From contig JABMNI010000029.1 of NCBI GenBank assembly GCA_013204605.1, forward strand, positions 3,069-67,068: a DNA stretch of 64,000 bases, written 5' to 3'. A program made the position numbers and the translations under genes. Positions 1-10,100 of this stretch are shown here, in pieces (the stretch's first letter is position 1; the number at the start of each line of letters is the position of its first letter). Source of the stretch: Ignavibacteria bacterium. GTDB taxonomy: Bacteria; Bacteroidota; Ignavibacteria; Kapaibacteriales; Kapaibacteriaceae. The notes beneath the pieces were generated by a model. That model saw nothing but the letters and a program-made list of their open reading frames with translations, was not told the origin of the DNA and did no database searches.

Positions 1-525
1 CCCGGTGTTGTTGAAGTATCGAAAGATGGAATAGTTTGGATAGCATTTCCATACGATACGACAACGTACAAGGGCTGCGCCGGATTGACACCATCGTCAG
101 GATCCGATCCTTTCGATCCGGAAAAATCTGGTGGCGATATTTATGATCTTGCTACTATTGGTGCTGATAGCATACGCTGGATAAGAATTACGGATATCAC
201 GAAGTCAATACTTAGCAAGCCGAAAAGCCCCCTATATGATCCAACACTAACGGGTTTCGATTTGGATGCGATTGTATCGCGTCACGCAATATCGCAACCG
301 TTAAAAAATGATTTGATTGAATTGTTGCCACAAGGAAACGCACTGGCCTATGTTACAAAACGAGCGGCTGAATTGCATGTGGTAGATGTTTCCGGAAAGT
401 TAATCGATGTGTTGAAAATTCCTATAGGAGTGAATGAGATTTCGCTTGATCCATATCCGCGCGGCGCTATGTTGTTCACGTTGTTTTCGAGCGATGGCGT
501 TTTCACGTTAAAGGTGTTGAAGTGA
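1..525 (+). CDS. Secreted/surface protein, 5'-truncated by the window edge; GGDxYDL..G....IRITD module plus probable T9SS C-terminal domain
   Basis: Frame 1 is open from base 1 (PGVVEVSKDGIVWIAFP...), so the ORF extends upstream of the tracked TTG at 85. Contains SGGDIYDLATIGADSIRWIRITD. The last ~75 aa resemble a T9SS CTD (VVDVSGKLI...KVLK). GTGA overlap with the next gene. Confidence 0.6.
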   Translation, partial: PGVVEVSKDGIVWIAFPYDTTTYKGCAGLTPSSGSDPFDPEKSGGDIYDLATIGADSIRWIRITDITKSILSKPKSPLYDPTLTGFDLDAIVSRHAISQPLKNDLIELLPQGNALAYVTKRAAELHVVDVSGKLIDVLKIPIGVNEISLDPYPRGAMLFTLFSSDGVFTLKVLK

Positions 526-1610
526 AAAAGAAAGAGAATGTGAATGTGGTGGTCTGGACGATCCTAGTTGTAGCCGGTGCATTTGTTGGTTGTGTTCCAA
601 AACCATCACCTACATCAGTGGGTCCGGGCGAAATTATTCCTGGGGGTACGTTTGTTGTATGTGAGGGCTTGTGGCGTCAGAACAATTCTGTGCTATCGTA
701 CATCAATCCGGTAGGCGTGACAATGCGTGACGTGGTATCGGTGGTCAACGCGGGTCAGATTCTGGGCGATAATGCTTCCGATGCGATTGCCGTAGGCGAC
801 ACCGTGTTCGTCGTTGTTAGTACCTCCGCAAGTATTGAGCGGTTCCACAGAGTAACGGGAAAATGGATTGACAGATTGCGCATTCCAAACGGAAAACAAC
901 CATATCGAATTTGCTACGATGGCATTAGAAAAATATATTGCTCGCTGTTGAATGACGATGCCATAATGGAAATCGATGCGCGAACTTTGCATGTGACAGT
1001 GGCATTGGCTTCGGTTGGACCCGCACCCGAGGGTATAGCGTCGATAGGTGGATTTGTGTACGTAGCCCTTAGCGGCCTTGGCGACGTGCGTGTTCGTGAA
1101 GCAGGTTCAGGCACCATTACAATTCTGCGAACTGAAGATCTTCGCCAAGTTTCCCAAATTGTTGACGTTCCAAACTGCTCAATTGTGCGGGCAGATCCGG
1201 GCAATGACAATGTGTGGGCAGCGTTCAGAAATCTTCCATCCAAACCGGATTCTGCCGGTGGAGTAGTAAAAATTTCAGCCTCAACGCAAAAAGTAATTGC
1301 ACGTTTTAGTTTTTTCGAGGTTAGGGGGCTTGCCGTGGATTCGAAAACAGGCGACGCATTCGTACTACATCGAAAAGGCATAGATAAAATTTCTGCAACC
1401 GACAACAGCATTCGAAACATAGTAAAACACGAATCAACAAACGGTGCAGATGTTTGGTACAGTTTGTTTTTCGACGCGCGAGCCGACAGACTTCTCATTG
1501 GAAATGCTAGGCAATACGTTACCGATGGGGAAGTGCTAGTTGTTGATCAAGCGGGAGTAATCGAGAGCCGCCATCAAGTGGGATTGAATCCCACCGCGTT
1601 CATACAATAG
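522..1610 (+). CDS. YncE/DUF5074-type beta-propeller lipoprotein, BtuG-like (cobalamin-binding family)
   Basis: Lipobox FVG-C. GTFVVCEGLWRQNNSVLSY and LGDNASDAI parallel BtuG GLFITNEGNF..NATLSY and LGDVAQSM. Repeated propeller blades (VGPAPEGI, VGLNPTAF). Confidence 0.7.
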   Translation: MKKKENVNVVVWTILVVAGAFVGCVPKPSPTSVGPGEIIPGGTFVVCEGLWRQNNSVLSYINPVGVTMRDVVSVVNAGQILGDNASDAIAVGDTVFVVVSTSASIERFHRVTGKWIDRLRIPNGKQPYRICYDGIRKIYCSLLNDDAIMEIDARTLHVTVALASVGPAPEGIASIGGFVYVALSGLGDVRVREAGSGTITILRTEDLRQVSQIVDVPNCSIVRADPGNDNVWAAFRNLPSKPDSAGGVVKISASTQKVIARFSFFEVRGLAVDSKTGDAFVLHRKGIDKISATDNSIRNIVKHESTNGADVWYSLFFDARADRLLIGNARQYVTDGEVLVVDQAGVIESRHQVGLNPTAFIQ

Positions 1611-2670
1611 CGCTGCTTAAAACAGATTTGTACACGGCAGCTAATTGCTCGGCTACTTCAGCCCAAGACTTTAGCCACGTTGGCTTTCGCTCCCTGTACG
1701 TAGGCTTACTATCCCATGCATCATTGATCACCGTTGCAAAAGAATCAACGGACCCCGGCATCGCATACCACGCGTCAGTGCCAAAAATTTCGCGAAGGTT
1801 TGGTAGGTCAGACATTACAACAATACTACCTGCAGCTGCAGCTTCTAAGCTTACAATGCCTTGTGCTTCGGTGAGAGTTGGTAGCACATGCATCCTACTG
1901 GCGGCATACGCCGATGCCAACAACGGATCCGAATGGTCAAGCCCCTTTACCCAAATAACACTATCGGATTCGGAAACCATGCGTTCAATTTTTGCTGTGT
2001 AATCTGTGGCCGCCTGAGTGTCAACTTGTTTAGGAGTGCCTATCAGTACTAGCGGACGATTAGCTTTTCTACAGGCTTCAATTACAATGTGTTGTTGTTT
2101 TAAGGGTTCAACTGATCCAACGCATAAAACAAAATCTTTCACGTTGAATGTACTTTGAGCCAGGTCTGGAGTGGCCGTAAAAAAGTGATTGTCAACCCCG
2201 TTTGCAATAACGTGAATTCGGTCGCGTGGCACCCCAAACCAACGGTTCACGTCCCGGGCTTCGTATTCGGATATGCAAATCACGGCATCGGCTCGTTTAA
2301 GTACAGACTTTCGTAGGCCGAACGTTGTTGAAATTGGGAAGAATTTATCTGCTAAGCTCCAGGCATCGTAACTGAACTTACTGGATGTTCGAACAAACAT
2401 CGACGTTATTACCAGTGGTATTTGTCGTCCTGCAGCCCGCAGCACTAGTTCAATCTGGTTAAAACTTCCTCCAAAAAGATGCAGCAAGTCAACCTGTAAT
2501 GTTTCGTTCCAATATTCAAACTTTTCTACACGCACGCCGTTTGCGATGAGCGCATCCATTGATCGAATCATTTGTAATTCAAGTCCACCTAATCCGAACG
2601 ACAATGGGACATTCGGAATAAAGGAAACTACTGGCTGCCTTTCGTTATCATCGGACAGTTCAATTACCAA
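1600..2670 (-). CDS. Glycosyltransferase family 4 (GT-B)
   Basis: VIANGVD, LCVGSVEPLKQQ, EAQGIVSLEAAAAGSIVVMSD (GT4 Ex7E-type motif). The start codon is uncertain. Confidence 0.85.
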   Translation of the reverse strand: MVIELSDDNERQPVVSFIPNVPLSFGLGGLELQMIRSMDALIANGVRVEKFEYWNETLQVDLLHLFGGSFNQIELVLRAAGRQIPLVITSMFVRTSSKFSYDAWSLADKFFPISTTFGLRKSVLKRADAVICISEYEARDVNRWFGVPRDRIHVIANGVDNHFFTATPDLAQSTFNVKDFVLCVGSVEPLKQQHIVIEACRKANRPLVLIGTPKQVDTQAATDYTAKIERMVSESDSVIWVKGLDHSDPLLASAYAASRMHVLPTLTEAQGIVSLEAAAAGSIVVMSDLPNLREIFGTDAWYAMPGSVDSFATVINDAWDSKPTYRERKPTWLKSWAEVAEQLAAVYKSVLSSAIV

Positions 2671-2977
2671 GGGTGTAACCTTCGGTTTTTAGAAGTTGCT
2701 TAATGCGGTCAACATGATCGCCCTGAATTTCAATTTGCTTGTCCAATATCTGACCTCCCGCACCCAACTTTTTTTTGAACACATCTAACAACCGAATCAT
2801 TTCAACCGGATGCGTTGAAAATCCCCAAACAATGGTCAATGTTTTTCCGCGCCTCTTCTCCATCCGCACCTTAATCCGCATTACGTTACCATTGTATCCG
2901 CGTTTCTTCTCCGGTTCAGGTTGCGATGCGAATTCGGTCAAATTGAGCAATGAACCAAGATCCTTTAAACCAGCCAT
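2660..2977 (-). CDS. yciH: Translation initiation factor SUI1/YciH family
   Basis: RIKVRMEKRRGKTLTIVWGF...KKKLGAGG....IEIQGDH is the SUI1 signature. Confidence 0.9.
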   Translation of the reverse strand: MAGLKDLGSLLNLTEFASQPEPEKKRGYNGNVMRIKVRMEKRRGKTLTIVWGFSTHPVEMIRLLDVFKKKLGAGGQILDKQIEIQGDHVDRIKQLLKTEGYTLGN

Positions 2978-2982
2978 ATTAT

Positions 2983-3501
2983 TTAGCGAATGTGGTACAT
3001 GAGCTGCAATTGCGGCAATGGAAGCACAGTTGGAGCATTATCGCCAAGGAAAAAAGTGAACGGTAATTCTCCCGCTATCGATACATTTGGTAAGAAATAC
3101 CATTCGTATCCCAATCCAATTCCAAAACGGCTGGGACCATTCAATGTATTCTGATTAAATGATCCACCATTGTAATAGTACGAAACGCCACCCACTACAT
3201 AAAACTTCTCTATTTCAGAGTGAGACAGCGCATATTGCGCCTCAAAGCCTATGTTCCAAATTGGTTTACCCGTCGAAAAATAGAACATTGTTGTCTCAAG
3301 CGCCAATCCGAAATCCATTGTGTACCGAACCGAAACTCCCGATCCGGTGGCAAGACCAAGTTGGGCCCCTACAGCGAATTGGTTTTGTTTCTTAATATTT
3401 GCCTGCGTGCTATCTTGTTCAGCTAAGGCAGAAATTGATAAAAGCGCGAAAATACTGAATACAGCAAGTGTTTTTCTGATTGATGTGATTATTGACTTCA
3501 T
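2983..3501 (-). CDS. Small outer-membrane beta-barrel-like protein
   Basis: Signal peptide, alternating amphipathic strands (GAQLGLATGSGVSVRY, GIGLGYEWYF), aromatic C-terminal strand QLMYHIR. Confidence 0.55.
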   Translation of the reverse strand: MKSIITSIRKTLAVFSIFALLSISALAEQDSTQANIKKQNQFAVGAQLGLATGSGVSVRYTMDFGLALETTMFYFSTGKPIWNIGFEAQYALSHSEIEKFYVVGGVSYYYNGGSFNQNTLNGPSRFGIGLGYEWYFLPNVSIAGELPFTFFLGDNAPTVLPLPQLQLMYHIR

Positions 3502-3608
3502 TATATGATTTTACCTTTCAAACAAAAATACGTCTTCCGTGTTACTCGAGGTGTGCCAACAGGTGCGTGGACCCTTCGGGTTAAATTTCGACTGGAAAGT
3601 TGTCTGTA

Positions 3609-4316
3609 ATGCGCAAATACCTCATCATCGGTCTGGTTTTCATAGTCACGTTCCTTTACAGCATTGCCGCGATGGTACACATGGGGCTTTTCAGGGATAA
3701 AGATGTGTTCTTTCTGTACGCTAGGTGGTGGTCCCGATTTCTACTCAAACTGTGTGGTATCAAGGTGCAGGTTCACGGTATGGAAAACGTTCGCGCCGGA
3801 GAACGGTACGTTTACGTGGCCAACCATGCAAGTCTGTTCGACATCCCAATTGTAATTGCTACTGTGCCGGATAATATTCGGATTATGTATAAAAAGGAAT
3901 TGGAGAAGATTCCAGTATTCGGGTGGTGTCTAAAATTCGGACCCTATGTAGCCGTACGCCGAGAACGAAGCAGGGAGGCTAGCAAGGCAATTACATCCGT
4001 TGTTGAATCAATGAAGAGTGGTTCATCAATGCTGGTCTTCCCCGAAGGCACACGCAGCGCCGATGGCACCGTTGGACAATTCAAACGGGGCGCCTTTTCA
4101 ATTGCAATACTAAGCGGAAAACCACTAATCGCAGTATCCATTTCAGGCAGCGCAAAAATTCTTCCAGCTCGTTCAAATAGTTTGAAACGGGGCTTAGTAC
4201 GCGTATATATTGACCCGTCAATAACGCCGTCGGACACCTTATCCCGTGCCGAAGAATTGGAACTTGTGGTATCAATCCACACAACCATTTCCAATAACGT
4301 AAATTTGCAATTATGA
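3609..4316 (+). CDS. plsC: 1-acyl-sn-glycerol-3-phosphate acyltransferase
   Basis: NHASLFD (NHxxxxD) and VFPEGTRS motifs. ATG 3609 preferred over TTG 3600. Confidence 0.9.
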   Translation: MRKYLIIGLVFIVTFLYSIAAMVHMGLFRDKDVFFLYARWWSRFLLKLCGIKVQVHGMENVRAGERYVYVANHASLFDIPIVIATVPDNIRIMYKKELEKIPVFGWCLKFGPYVAVRRERSREASKAITSVVESMKSGSSMLVFPEGTRSADGTVGQFKRGAFSIAILSGKPLIAVSISGSAKILPARSNSLKRGLVRVYIDPSITPSDTLSRAEELELVVSIHTTISNNVNLQL

Positions 4317-4591
4317 ATCCTGATGAACTACAAAAATTGGCTGCGTTGTCGCGGTTAAAATTTACAGATGAGCAGTTGGAGTCTTTCGCTGAACAGTTCA
4401 ACAACGTTGTTGAATTTGTTGGTAAGGTGTCGGCCGAAGACTTAGGGGATGTTGAACCAATGCTTTCTGTAAACGAATCCGTAAACGTATTCCGAGAAGA
4501 CGTGGTGGGTGAGTGTCTGACCACGGAAGAAGCGTTACGAAACGCACCGAAAAAGAACGAAGCATTCTTTAAAGTGCCTAAGGTACTCTAA
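4313..4591 (+). CDS. gatC: Asp-tRNA(Asn)/Glu-tRNA(Gln) amidotransferase subunit C
   Basis: LAALSRL, FRED, NAP..N..FFKVPKVL; 92 aa. Confidence 0.92.
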   Translation: MNPDELQKLAALSRLKFTDEQLESFAEQFNNVVEFVGKVSAEDLGDVEPMLSVNESVNVFREDVVGECLTTEEALRNAPKKNEAFFKVPKVL

Positions 4592-5344
4592 ATGGTTGTC
4601 GCCATTATTCCCGCGCGATACGGATCAACGCGGTTTCCGGGAAAGCCCCTTGCCAAAATTGCCGGGCAATCCATGATTGAACGAGTATGGCGGGCTACCT
4701 GCAATGCGAGTGGGATAGATCGAGTTGTTATTGCCACCGAGAGCGAGTTGGTGGCGAACGAAGCAATGAGGATTAGTGCGGAGTTTTGTCTGACTTCACC
4801 AGATCTGGTGTCGGGCACGGACCGATGTGCAGCTGCGGTGAAAGAACTTCAACTTAATGCATCAGTAATATTGAATGTGCAAGGCGACGAGCCGTTGCTC
4901 GATCCGGAAATACTTTCGAAGTTAGTGAGCGAACTCAAGGGCTCGGATGCAGATGTAACGACGCCCGTGATACGAGTTACGGACGTGGAGGATTTATCAA
5001 ATCCAAATTACGTTACTGTTGCGTGCACTTCGGAAATGCAGGCCTTGTATTTTTCAAGGTCGGCAATTCCAAACGTACGCGGTGTTGAAATGGAACAATG
5101 GTTGCAACATGCAACGTACTGGAAGCACGTTGGCTTGTACTGCTACCGCACAGCGGCAATTTTGAGGCATGTGGAGCTGCCGCCCACGGCGTTAGAATTA
5201 GCAGAACAGTTGGAACAGTTACGATTGCTTGAGGATGGTAAAAAATTCTTGTGCGTTCCTATTACGCAGCATTTGGTTGCAGTTGACGTGCCGAGTGATG
5301 TTCAGAAAGTTGAGGCCATCCTCGCTGAATCACGCCCGAATTAA
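4592..5344 (+). CDS. kdsB: 3-deoxy-manno-octulosonate cytidylyltransferase
   Basis: IIPARYGSTRFPGKPL, SGTDR, NVQGDEP, YFSRSAIP, EQLEQLRLL. Confidence 0.95.
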   Translation: MVVAIIPARYGSTRFPGKPLAKIAGQSMIERVWRATCNASGIDRVVIATESELVANEAMRISAEFCLTSPDLVSGTDRCAAAVKELQLNASVILNVQGDEPLLDPEILSKLVSELKGSDADVTTPVIRVTDVEDLSNPNYVTVACTSEMQALYFSRSAIPNVRGVEMEQWLQHATYWKHVGLYCYRTAAILRHVELPPTALELAEQLEQLRLLEDGKKFLCVPITQHLVAVDVPSDVQKVEAILAESRPN

Positions 5345-6283
5345 ACTGCTCGCCGCGTTGAATGCCTGGTCCACCGTAATAGCGCTCATATTATCTGCGG
5401 CGTCCGATTCTAACACCACTGCGTTCTTTGTGTAGGGTCCCCAGCGCCGTGCGCTCACAGCCGGTGTAACCGGGAAAAACGTAACAATCGGAATATCAAA
5501 CGAAGCAGCAATATGCAGCGTACCCGTTGAATTCGACACGAACAACGAGGCCCCCTTTATAACACTCATAAGCTCGCTCAACGAGAGCTGACCACCTAAA
5601 CTTATCGCGGCAGGGTTACTGCTGATAATTTTTTGGTGAAGGGGCTTTTCGGATTCTATTCCGGTAAGTACAACCGGCAGCTGTGATTCTTCGCTAATGC
5701 GTCCGACCAACGAACTAAGACTTTCCAACGGCCAATCGCGAGCGCTGCCTTGCGAGCCAGGGTGGACAATGGCGTATCGTGGTGGGAGTTGTGTGGCAAT
5801 TCGTGCAGGAATAGCGTTGGTTTGCAGCGTGGCAAGCTGGACCAAATCGTTTGCCGATCCAAAGGCAGTGCTGATCATTCGGACATTGCATTCGGCTTCG
5901 TGAAATTGGGCTGTGCTGCGATGATCTTTGACTTGACAATTAAACAGGGGGCTGTACAAACGGTAAGCCGATCCTATGCGGGTTGGGATGGCCGCCTTAA
6001 AGGCAGTCCAAGCCTCGCTCAACCGTGGACGTGGAAAAAAAATAGCGTCGATTTGGTGGCTACGAAGCCCCTTTTCAAAAGAATCTGGAGAATCATCTGC
6101 GAACACGGCGGCGTCGAGACCTGCTACGCTTTGGAGCAAATCCTGGGTATAGCGTCGGGCAAACATCACAATCTGCGCGTTAGGAAACCTAGATTTCAAT
6201 GGCTCGATCATAGGAAGTGTGAGAATCATGTCACCCAGACGATCGGTGCGAACGATGGCGATGTTTTGTGGTGCGTTTGTCAA
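5330..6283 (-). CDS. Glycosyltransferase family 9 (heptosyltransferase-like)
   Basis: RTDRLGDMILTLP, HPGSQGSARDWP, FVSNSTGTLHIAASFDIP. Confidence 0.9.
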   Translation of the reverse strand: MTNAPQNIAIVRTDRLGDMILTLPMIEPLKSRFPNAQIVMFARRYTQDLLQSVAGLDAAVFADDSPDSFEKGLRSHQIDAIFFPRPRLSEAWTAFKAAIPTRIGSAYRLYSPLFNCQVKDHRSTAQFHEAECNVRMISTAFGSANDLVQLATLQTNAIPARIATQLPPRYAIVHPGSQGSARDWPLESLSSLVGRISEESQLPVVLTGIESEKPLHQKIISSNPAAISLGGQLSLSELMSVIKGASLFVSNSTGTLHIAASFDIPIVTFFPVTPAVSARRWGPYTKNAVVLESDAADNMSAITVDQAFNAASSLIRA

Positions 6284-6430
6284 GTTTCTAATGTCGAACT
6301 TTCAGAGTCGAACAGTCCTGTTGCGCGGCTAATGTGTTCGGTGGTTAAGAGTGTGGATGATGGGAGCACGTATAGTGTGAAATAGAAAGTTACTTTGAGA
6401 TAGAAGTGCAGTTTGAGGTGGTTTGAAAAA

Positions 6431-6472
6431 AAATGGTGTCATGTCGCAAGGGACACAACGCCACGGAAATTT
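6431..6472 (-). terminator. Probable intrinsic terminator after the OMP gene
   Basis: Minus strand GGCGTTGTGTC-ccttgc-GACATGACACC hairpin (G-U pairs, one mismatch), followed by an 8-T run. Confidence 0.5.
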
Positions 6473-6487
6473 CAACTACTCAACATC

Positions 6488-6991
6488 TTATTCGAAGAAC
6501 CACTCAATGCCCACATATGGAGAAAGTAGGCCAATAAGTGTTCGAGATGGTGTTGGGGATAACCCAAGCGATAAAACGCTCAAGCCGCCAAACAGACCAA
6601 AATTTGGAGTGATAAAGTATTCGCCACCACCTCCAATGTTAAGGGAAACGCTTGTAGAAGACTCGGTTGTTTGAGTTCCGCCACCATTCATAATTGGAAC
6701 ATTAACCATTAAATATGGTTTGAATTCTTTTGTGCCTTTAAGAAGTAACTTAAAATATGGAGCGAAATACACAACATTGTTGTTCGACTCCAGTTGTATC
6801 CCTACTCCCGTTCCAACGTGAATAGCCGCAGTAATAGCATACGCTATATGTGCACCTAACGGCTGTCCAGCCGTAAATCCAAGACCAAGCTGATTTTCTG
6901 GGCTCTGGGGGCTCATCCCAGCAGAACCTTGAGCCACGCAAATTGACGTAGAGGCGATTATGCCTAAAACCAGTATACCAATCTTTTTCAT
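6488..6991 (-). CDS. Small outer-membrane beta-barrel protein
   Basis: Signal peptide, amphipathic strands (LNIGGGGEYFITPNFGLFG), C-terminal YVGIEWFFE. Confidence 0.6.
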   Translation of the reverse strand: MKKIGILVLGIIASTSICVAQGSAGMSPQSPENQLGLGFTAGQPLGAHIAYAITAAIHVGTGVGIQLESNNNVVYFAPYFKLLLKGTKEFKPYLMVNVPIMNGGGTQTTESSTSVSLNIGGGGEYFITPNFGLFGGLSVLSLGLSPTPSRTLIGLLSPYVGIEWFFE

Positions 6992-7025
6992 ACTACTTCC
7001 TCAAAAATGGTGTAAAATGCTTTCG

Positions 7026-7033
7026 CAAATATA
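7026..7033 (-). promoter_or_regulatory. Bacteroidota-type -7 promoter box (TAnnTTTG)
   Basis: TATATTTG on the minus strand, 35 nt upstream of the ATG at 6991. Confidence 0.45.
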
Positions 7034-7108
7034 ACGGACTTATTCTCCAACCCCTTACATCCATTTAAATATTTCTTTCCGAAATTTGTAGTCCACCCGC
7101 GAGACAGC

Positions 7109-8089
7109 ATGAGCCTCAACGTAACAGTAAAACAGTATACAGATGACCACCGAGAGGTTTGGGACAGTTTTGTCGCAAAATCGAATAATGGAACAATGTT
7201 TCATATGCATCGCTTTTTGGACTACCACCCAAACGGTAAATGGAAGTTCCATCATTTGATGTTTTATGAGGGCGACACTTTAGTGGCGGTTCTGCCAGCC
7301 GGGCTGACCAACGCAACAACGTTGTGGTCACCGGTAGGCGCGTCGTACGGATCCATAGTAACGCTAGACACTTCGTTCGAGCGCTGTTTGAATATTGTTG
7401 ATGCCTTTATCGATTATTGCAAATCAGCTGGGATAACGGACGCTTACCTCATTCCGCCGCCGTTGATTTATACGATCAATTACGACCAGCATATCGAATA
7501 CGCCATGCTTTTTAGGAAAGCAGATTTCGAGTTGCACTACATCTCTCATGCCATCGAACTCAAACACGGAGCCGACTTTCTGGAACATTTCGATGCCACA
7601 GCACGAAAGACTATCCACAAAATATTGCGTGAACAAAATATTTGGATTGAAGAAAGTACTGACTACGCAACGTTTCATGAAATCTTGGTTGAAAATAAGG
7701 CGCGGCACAATACCACTCCAACGCATACTCTGGCCGACCTTGAACGTTTAGCGCAACTCATGCCCGACAGGCTGAAATTGTTGATGGTGTACAAGGAAGA
7801 GGTGGCTATTGCTGGATCGTTACTGTTTTTAACCAACAACAAGGTGGTACTCTGCTTTTACAATATGCTGAAATACGAGTATGAGCACGAAAAACCCATC
7901 TACTTGATCATGTACGAAACATGCCGCTGGGCCCAGGAAAACGGCTACCAGTGGGTGGATATCGGGGTATCGCAAGACACTAAAGCAGAAGATCCCATGA
8001 CGCCGTCGTTAGGCTTGATAACATTCAAAGAGCGCTTCAACTCGAGGGGTATTCTGCGAAATACCTACCACCTTTCCATCAAAACGTAA
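7109..8089 (+). CDS. GNAT/FemAB-like acetyltransferase domain protein
   Basis: WDSFVAKSNNGTMFH...FLDYH, ARKTIHK, WAQENGYQWVDIG, LITFKERF; typical of polysaccharide-locus GNATs. Confidence 0.75.
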   Translation: MSLNVTVKQYTDDHREVWDSFVAKSNNGTMFHMHRFLDYHPNGKWKFHHLMFYEGDTLVAVLPAGLTNATTLWSPVGASYGSIVTLDTSFERCLNIVDAFIDYCKSAGITDAYLIPPPLIYTINYDQHIEYAMLFRKADFELHYISHAIELKHGADFLEHFDATARKTIHKILREQNIWIEESTDYATFHEILVENKARHNTTPTHTLADLERLAQLMPDRLKLLMVYKEEVAIAGSLLFLTNNKVVLCFYNMLKYEYEHEKPIYLIMYETCRWAQENGYQWVDIGVSQDTKAEDPMTPSLGLITFKERFNSRGILRNTYHLSIKT

Positions 8090-8100
8090 CTGGTAATGGC

Positions 8101-9216
8101 ATGAAACTCTACGATGTAGTGTTGATAGCTCTTGCTGATGTGCGCCAGGACGCTCGTACGTTGAATCTTGCCCGCACACTTTCGAAAAAATTCAAGGTTG
8201 CGGTGGTAAGTATGGACAGCGCTCCCGAGGAGAACAATGAGCCATTTGAAATACATCGAGTAACCATAGAAAATGGAAGCGTTTTATCACGAGCGCTCCA
8301 ATTACGCGCCTACATTAACTCGGGAGTGGACCTTAGCTGCAAAGTAGTTGGCGCCATGGACCTTTTCGCTGGACCCGCATCAATTACGCTATCAAAAAAA
8401 CACAAAGCAAATTTGGTATACGATGCGCGAGAATTCTATTTCGCATTGGCAAGTCTTGCAAAACGTCCGGTCAAACAATTCTTGGTTTCGACGTTTGAAA
8501 AATTTCTCATGGCAAGAACTTCAGCCGTGACAGTATCTGGTCACCTCGACGCAGGCATCATTGCAGAACGATACGGTCTGCAAGAGCAGCCAGCGGTTAT
8601 CCTGAACACCCCTCCTTTCGCTACACCCGTTGCATCGTCGAGAATTCGCGATCAATTTTCTATTCCACCAAGCACCACCATTTGCCTATACCAGGGCCTG
8701 GTAGCCCACGGACGCGGCATAGAACCCATGATGCGCGCCCTAGCACTTTTGGACAACGTTGCACTTTGCGTTATTGGTAACGGTCCACACACAGAGCAGT
8801 TCAAGTTGTTGGCTACTGAACTAAACGTAACTGAAAGAGTTTTTTGGAAAGGGGCTATACCATATTCGCAACTGCATACGTGGACATGCAGCGCCGATAT
8901 TGGGGTATGTCTCATTGAGCCCATTTCGTTGAGTTATGAATATGCGCTACCCAACAAATTGTTTGAATTTATGATGGCAGGCATTCCCAGTCTGGTTACA
9001 GATTTGCCTGCTTTGCACCAACACATTGCAGAGTTTCCCGTGGGAATGTTGGTTGGCCGAGAGTTGCAGCCGCAAGAAATAGCTGATGCCGTAGTTTCAA
9101 TACGGAATCCGTACACCTATGCTGCAATGGTTGAACAATGCAAGCACGTCGAGCAGTTTAGTTACGAACGGCAGCAGTCAGTTGCGGTTGATGTGTATTA
9201 TCACGCCATGCTATGA
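8101..9216 (+). CDS. Glycosyltransferase family 4
   Basis: D.R..., LVYDARE, YQGLVAHGRGIE, YEYALPNKLFEFMMAGIP. Confidence 0.88.
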   Translation: MKLYDVVLIALADVRQDARTLNLARTLSKKFKVAVVSMDSAPEENNEPFEIHRVTIENGSVLSRALQLRAYINSGVDLSCKVVGAMDLFAGPASITLSKKHKANLVYDAREFYFALASLAKRPVKQFLVSTFEKFLMARTSAVTVSGHLDAGIIAERYGLQEQPAVILNTPPFATPVASSRIRDQFSIPPSTTICLYQGLVAHGRGIEPMMRALALLDNVALCVIGNGPHTEQFKLLATELNVTERVFWKGAIPYSQLHTWTCSADIGVCLIEPISLSYEYALPNKLFEFMMAGIPSLVTDLPALHQHIAEFPVGMLVGRELQPQEIADAVVSIRNPYTYAAMVEQCKHVEQFSYERQQSVAVDVYYHAML

Positions 9217-10100
9217 CGTTCGCACTACTGGTGCTGCAGCAAATTATTGCCGCATCAACGCATTTGATTGCAAAAAGCGTTACTCACGACTTTCATCCTG
9301 CCACCGTTGTATTATGGCGGGGAATTTTTACCTGTCTAGCCTTTGCGGCTTGGATGTTTGTGCGTAGGAGTAAAACTCGAAAAATAGAAAGAGTTGACTA
9401 CTCCAAATTTTTGATACTCGGATTGATTAACATTCCATTGAATCAAATTCTATTTGTTTGGGGCGTGAAATTTACGACAGCTCCGAATGCCGCCTTAGCC
9501 TATGCCTTAACACCGGCCTTTGTGCTATTGATTGGATTCATTTTTTACAAAGAGAAATTTGAAAAGTTCAAAACTATTGGCGTGACAGTTGCCATGTTTG
9601 GCGCTTTTGTTGTACTTATTGACAAAGGTGCGTCTTTCGCTCCTACACACACGTTGGGGAACATAATGGTGCTCATGGCTAGCGCTTCTTGGGCGGCGTA
9701 TACCGTTTTTGGGAAGCCCCTTGTAATAAAATATGGTGCTGTTTTTACAACTGCCATTTCATTTTTTTTGGGTCTGTTGTTTTTCATTCCCGTGTACTTT
9801 GTGCTCCCTCTATTCACCGAAATTGGAAGCGTTGTTGCCGAAGGTGCACCGTTTGATTGGTGGTTGAAAGTTTTATACTTAGGCGTCATTACCTCGGGTG
9901 TTGGTTATGGCTTGTGGTACTATGCGCTGAGTAGATTGGAGTCGGCAAAAGTTGCCGTATTTAATAACTTGCAACCCATTCTAACAACAATTATGGCTCT
10001 AATCATATTTGGAACCCACCCAACACCACTATTTTTGATTGGTGGCAGTATTGCGCTCACGGGAGTGATAATTACACAAGCGAAAGGATTATTCAAATGA
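9213..10100 (+). CDS. DMT/EamA family transporter
   Basis: About 10 hydrophobic segments in two EamA repeats (YLGVITSGVGYGLWYYAL, FNNLQPI). Confidence 0.88.
   Translation: MTFALLVLQQIIAASTHLIAKSVTHDFHPATVVLWRGIFTCLAFAAWMFVRRSKTRKIERVDYSKFLILGLINIPLNQILFVWGVKFTTAPNAALAYALTPAFVLLIGFIFYKEKFEKFKTIGVTVAMFGAFVVLIDKGASFAPTHTLGNIMVLMASASWAAYTVFGKPLVIKYGAVFTTAISFFLGLLFFIPVYFVLPLFTEIGSVVAEGAPFDWWLKVLYLGVITSGVGYGLWYYALSRLESAKVAVFNNLQPILTTIMALIIFGTHPTPLFLIGGSIALTGVIITQAKGLFK

Noticed and set aside
6329-6442. Small minus-strand ORF upstream of the GT9 gene
   Set aside because: 37 codons starting inside the terminator hairpin, with no recognisable features.
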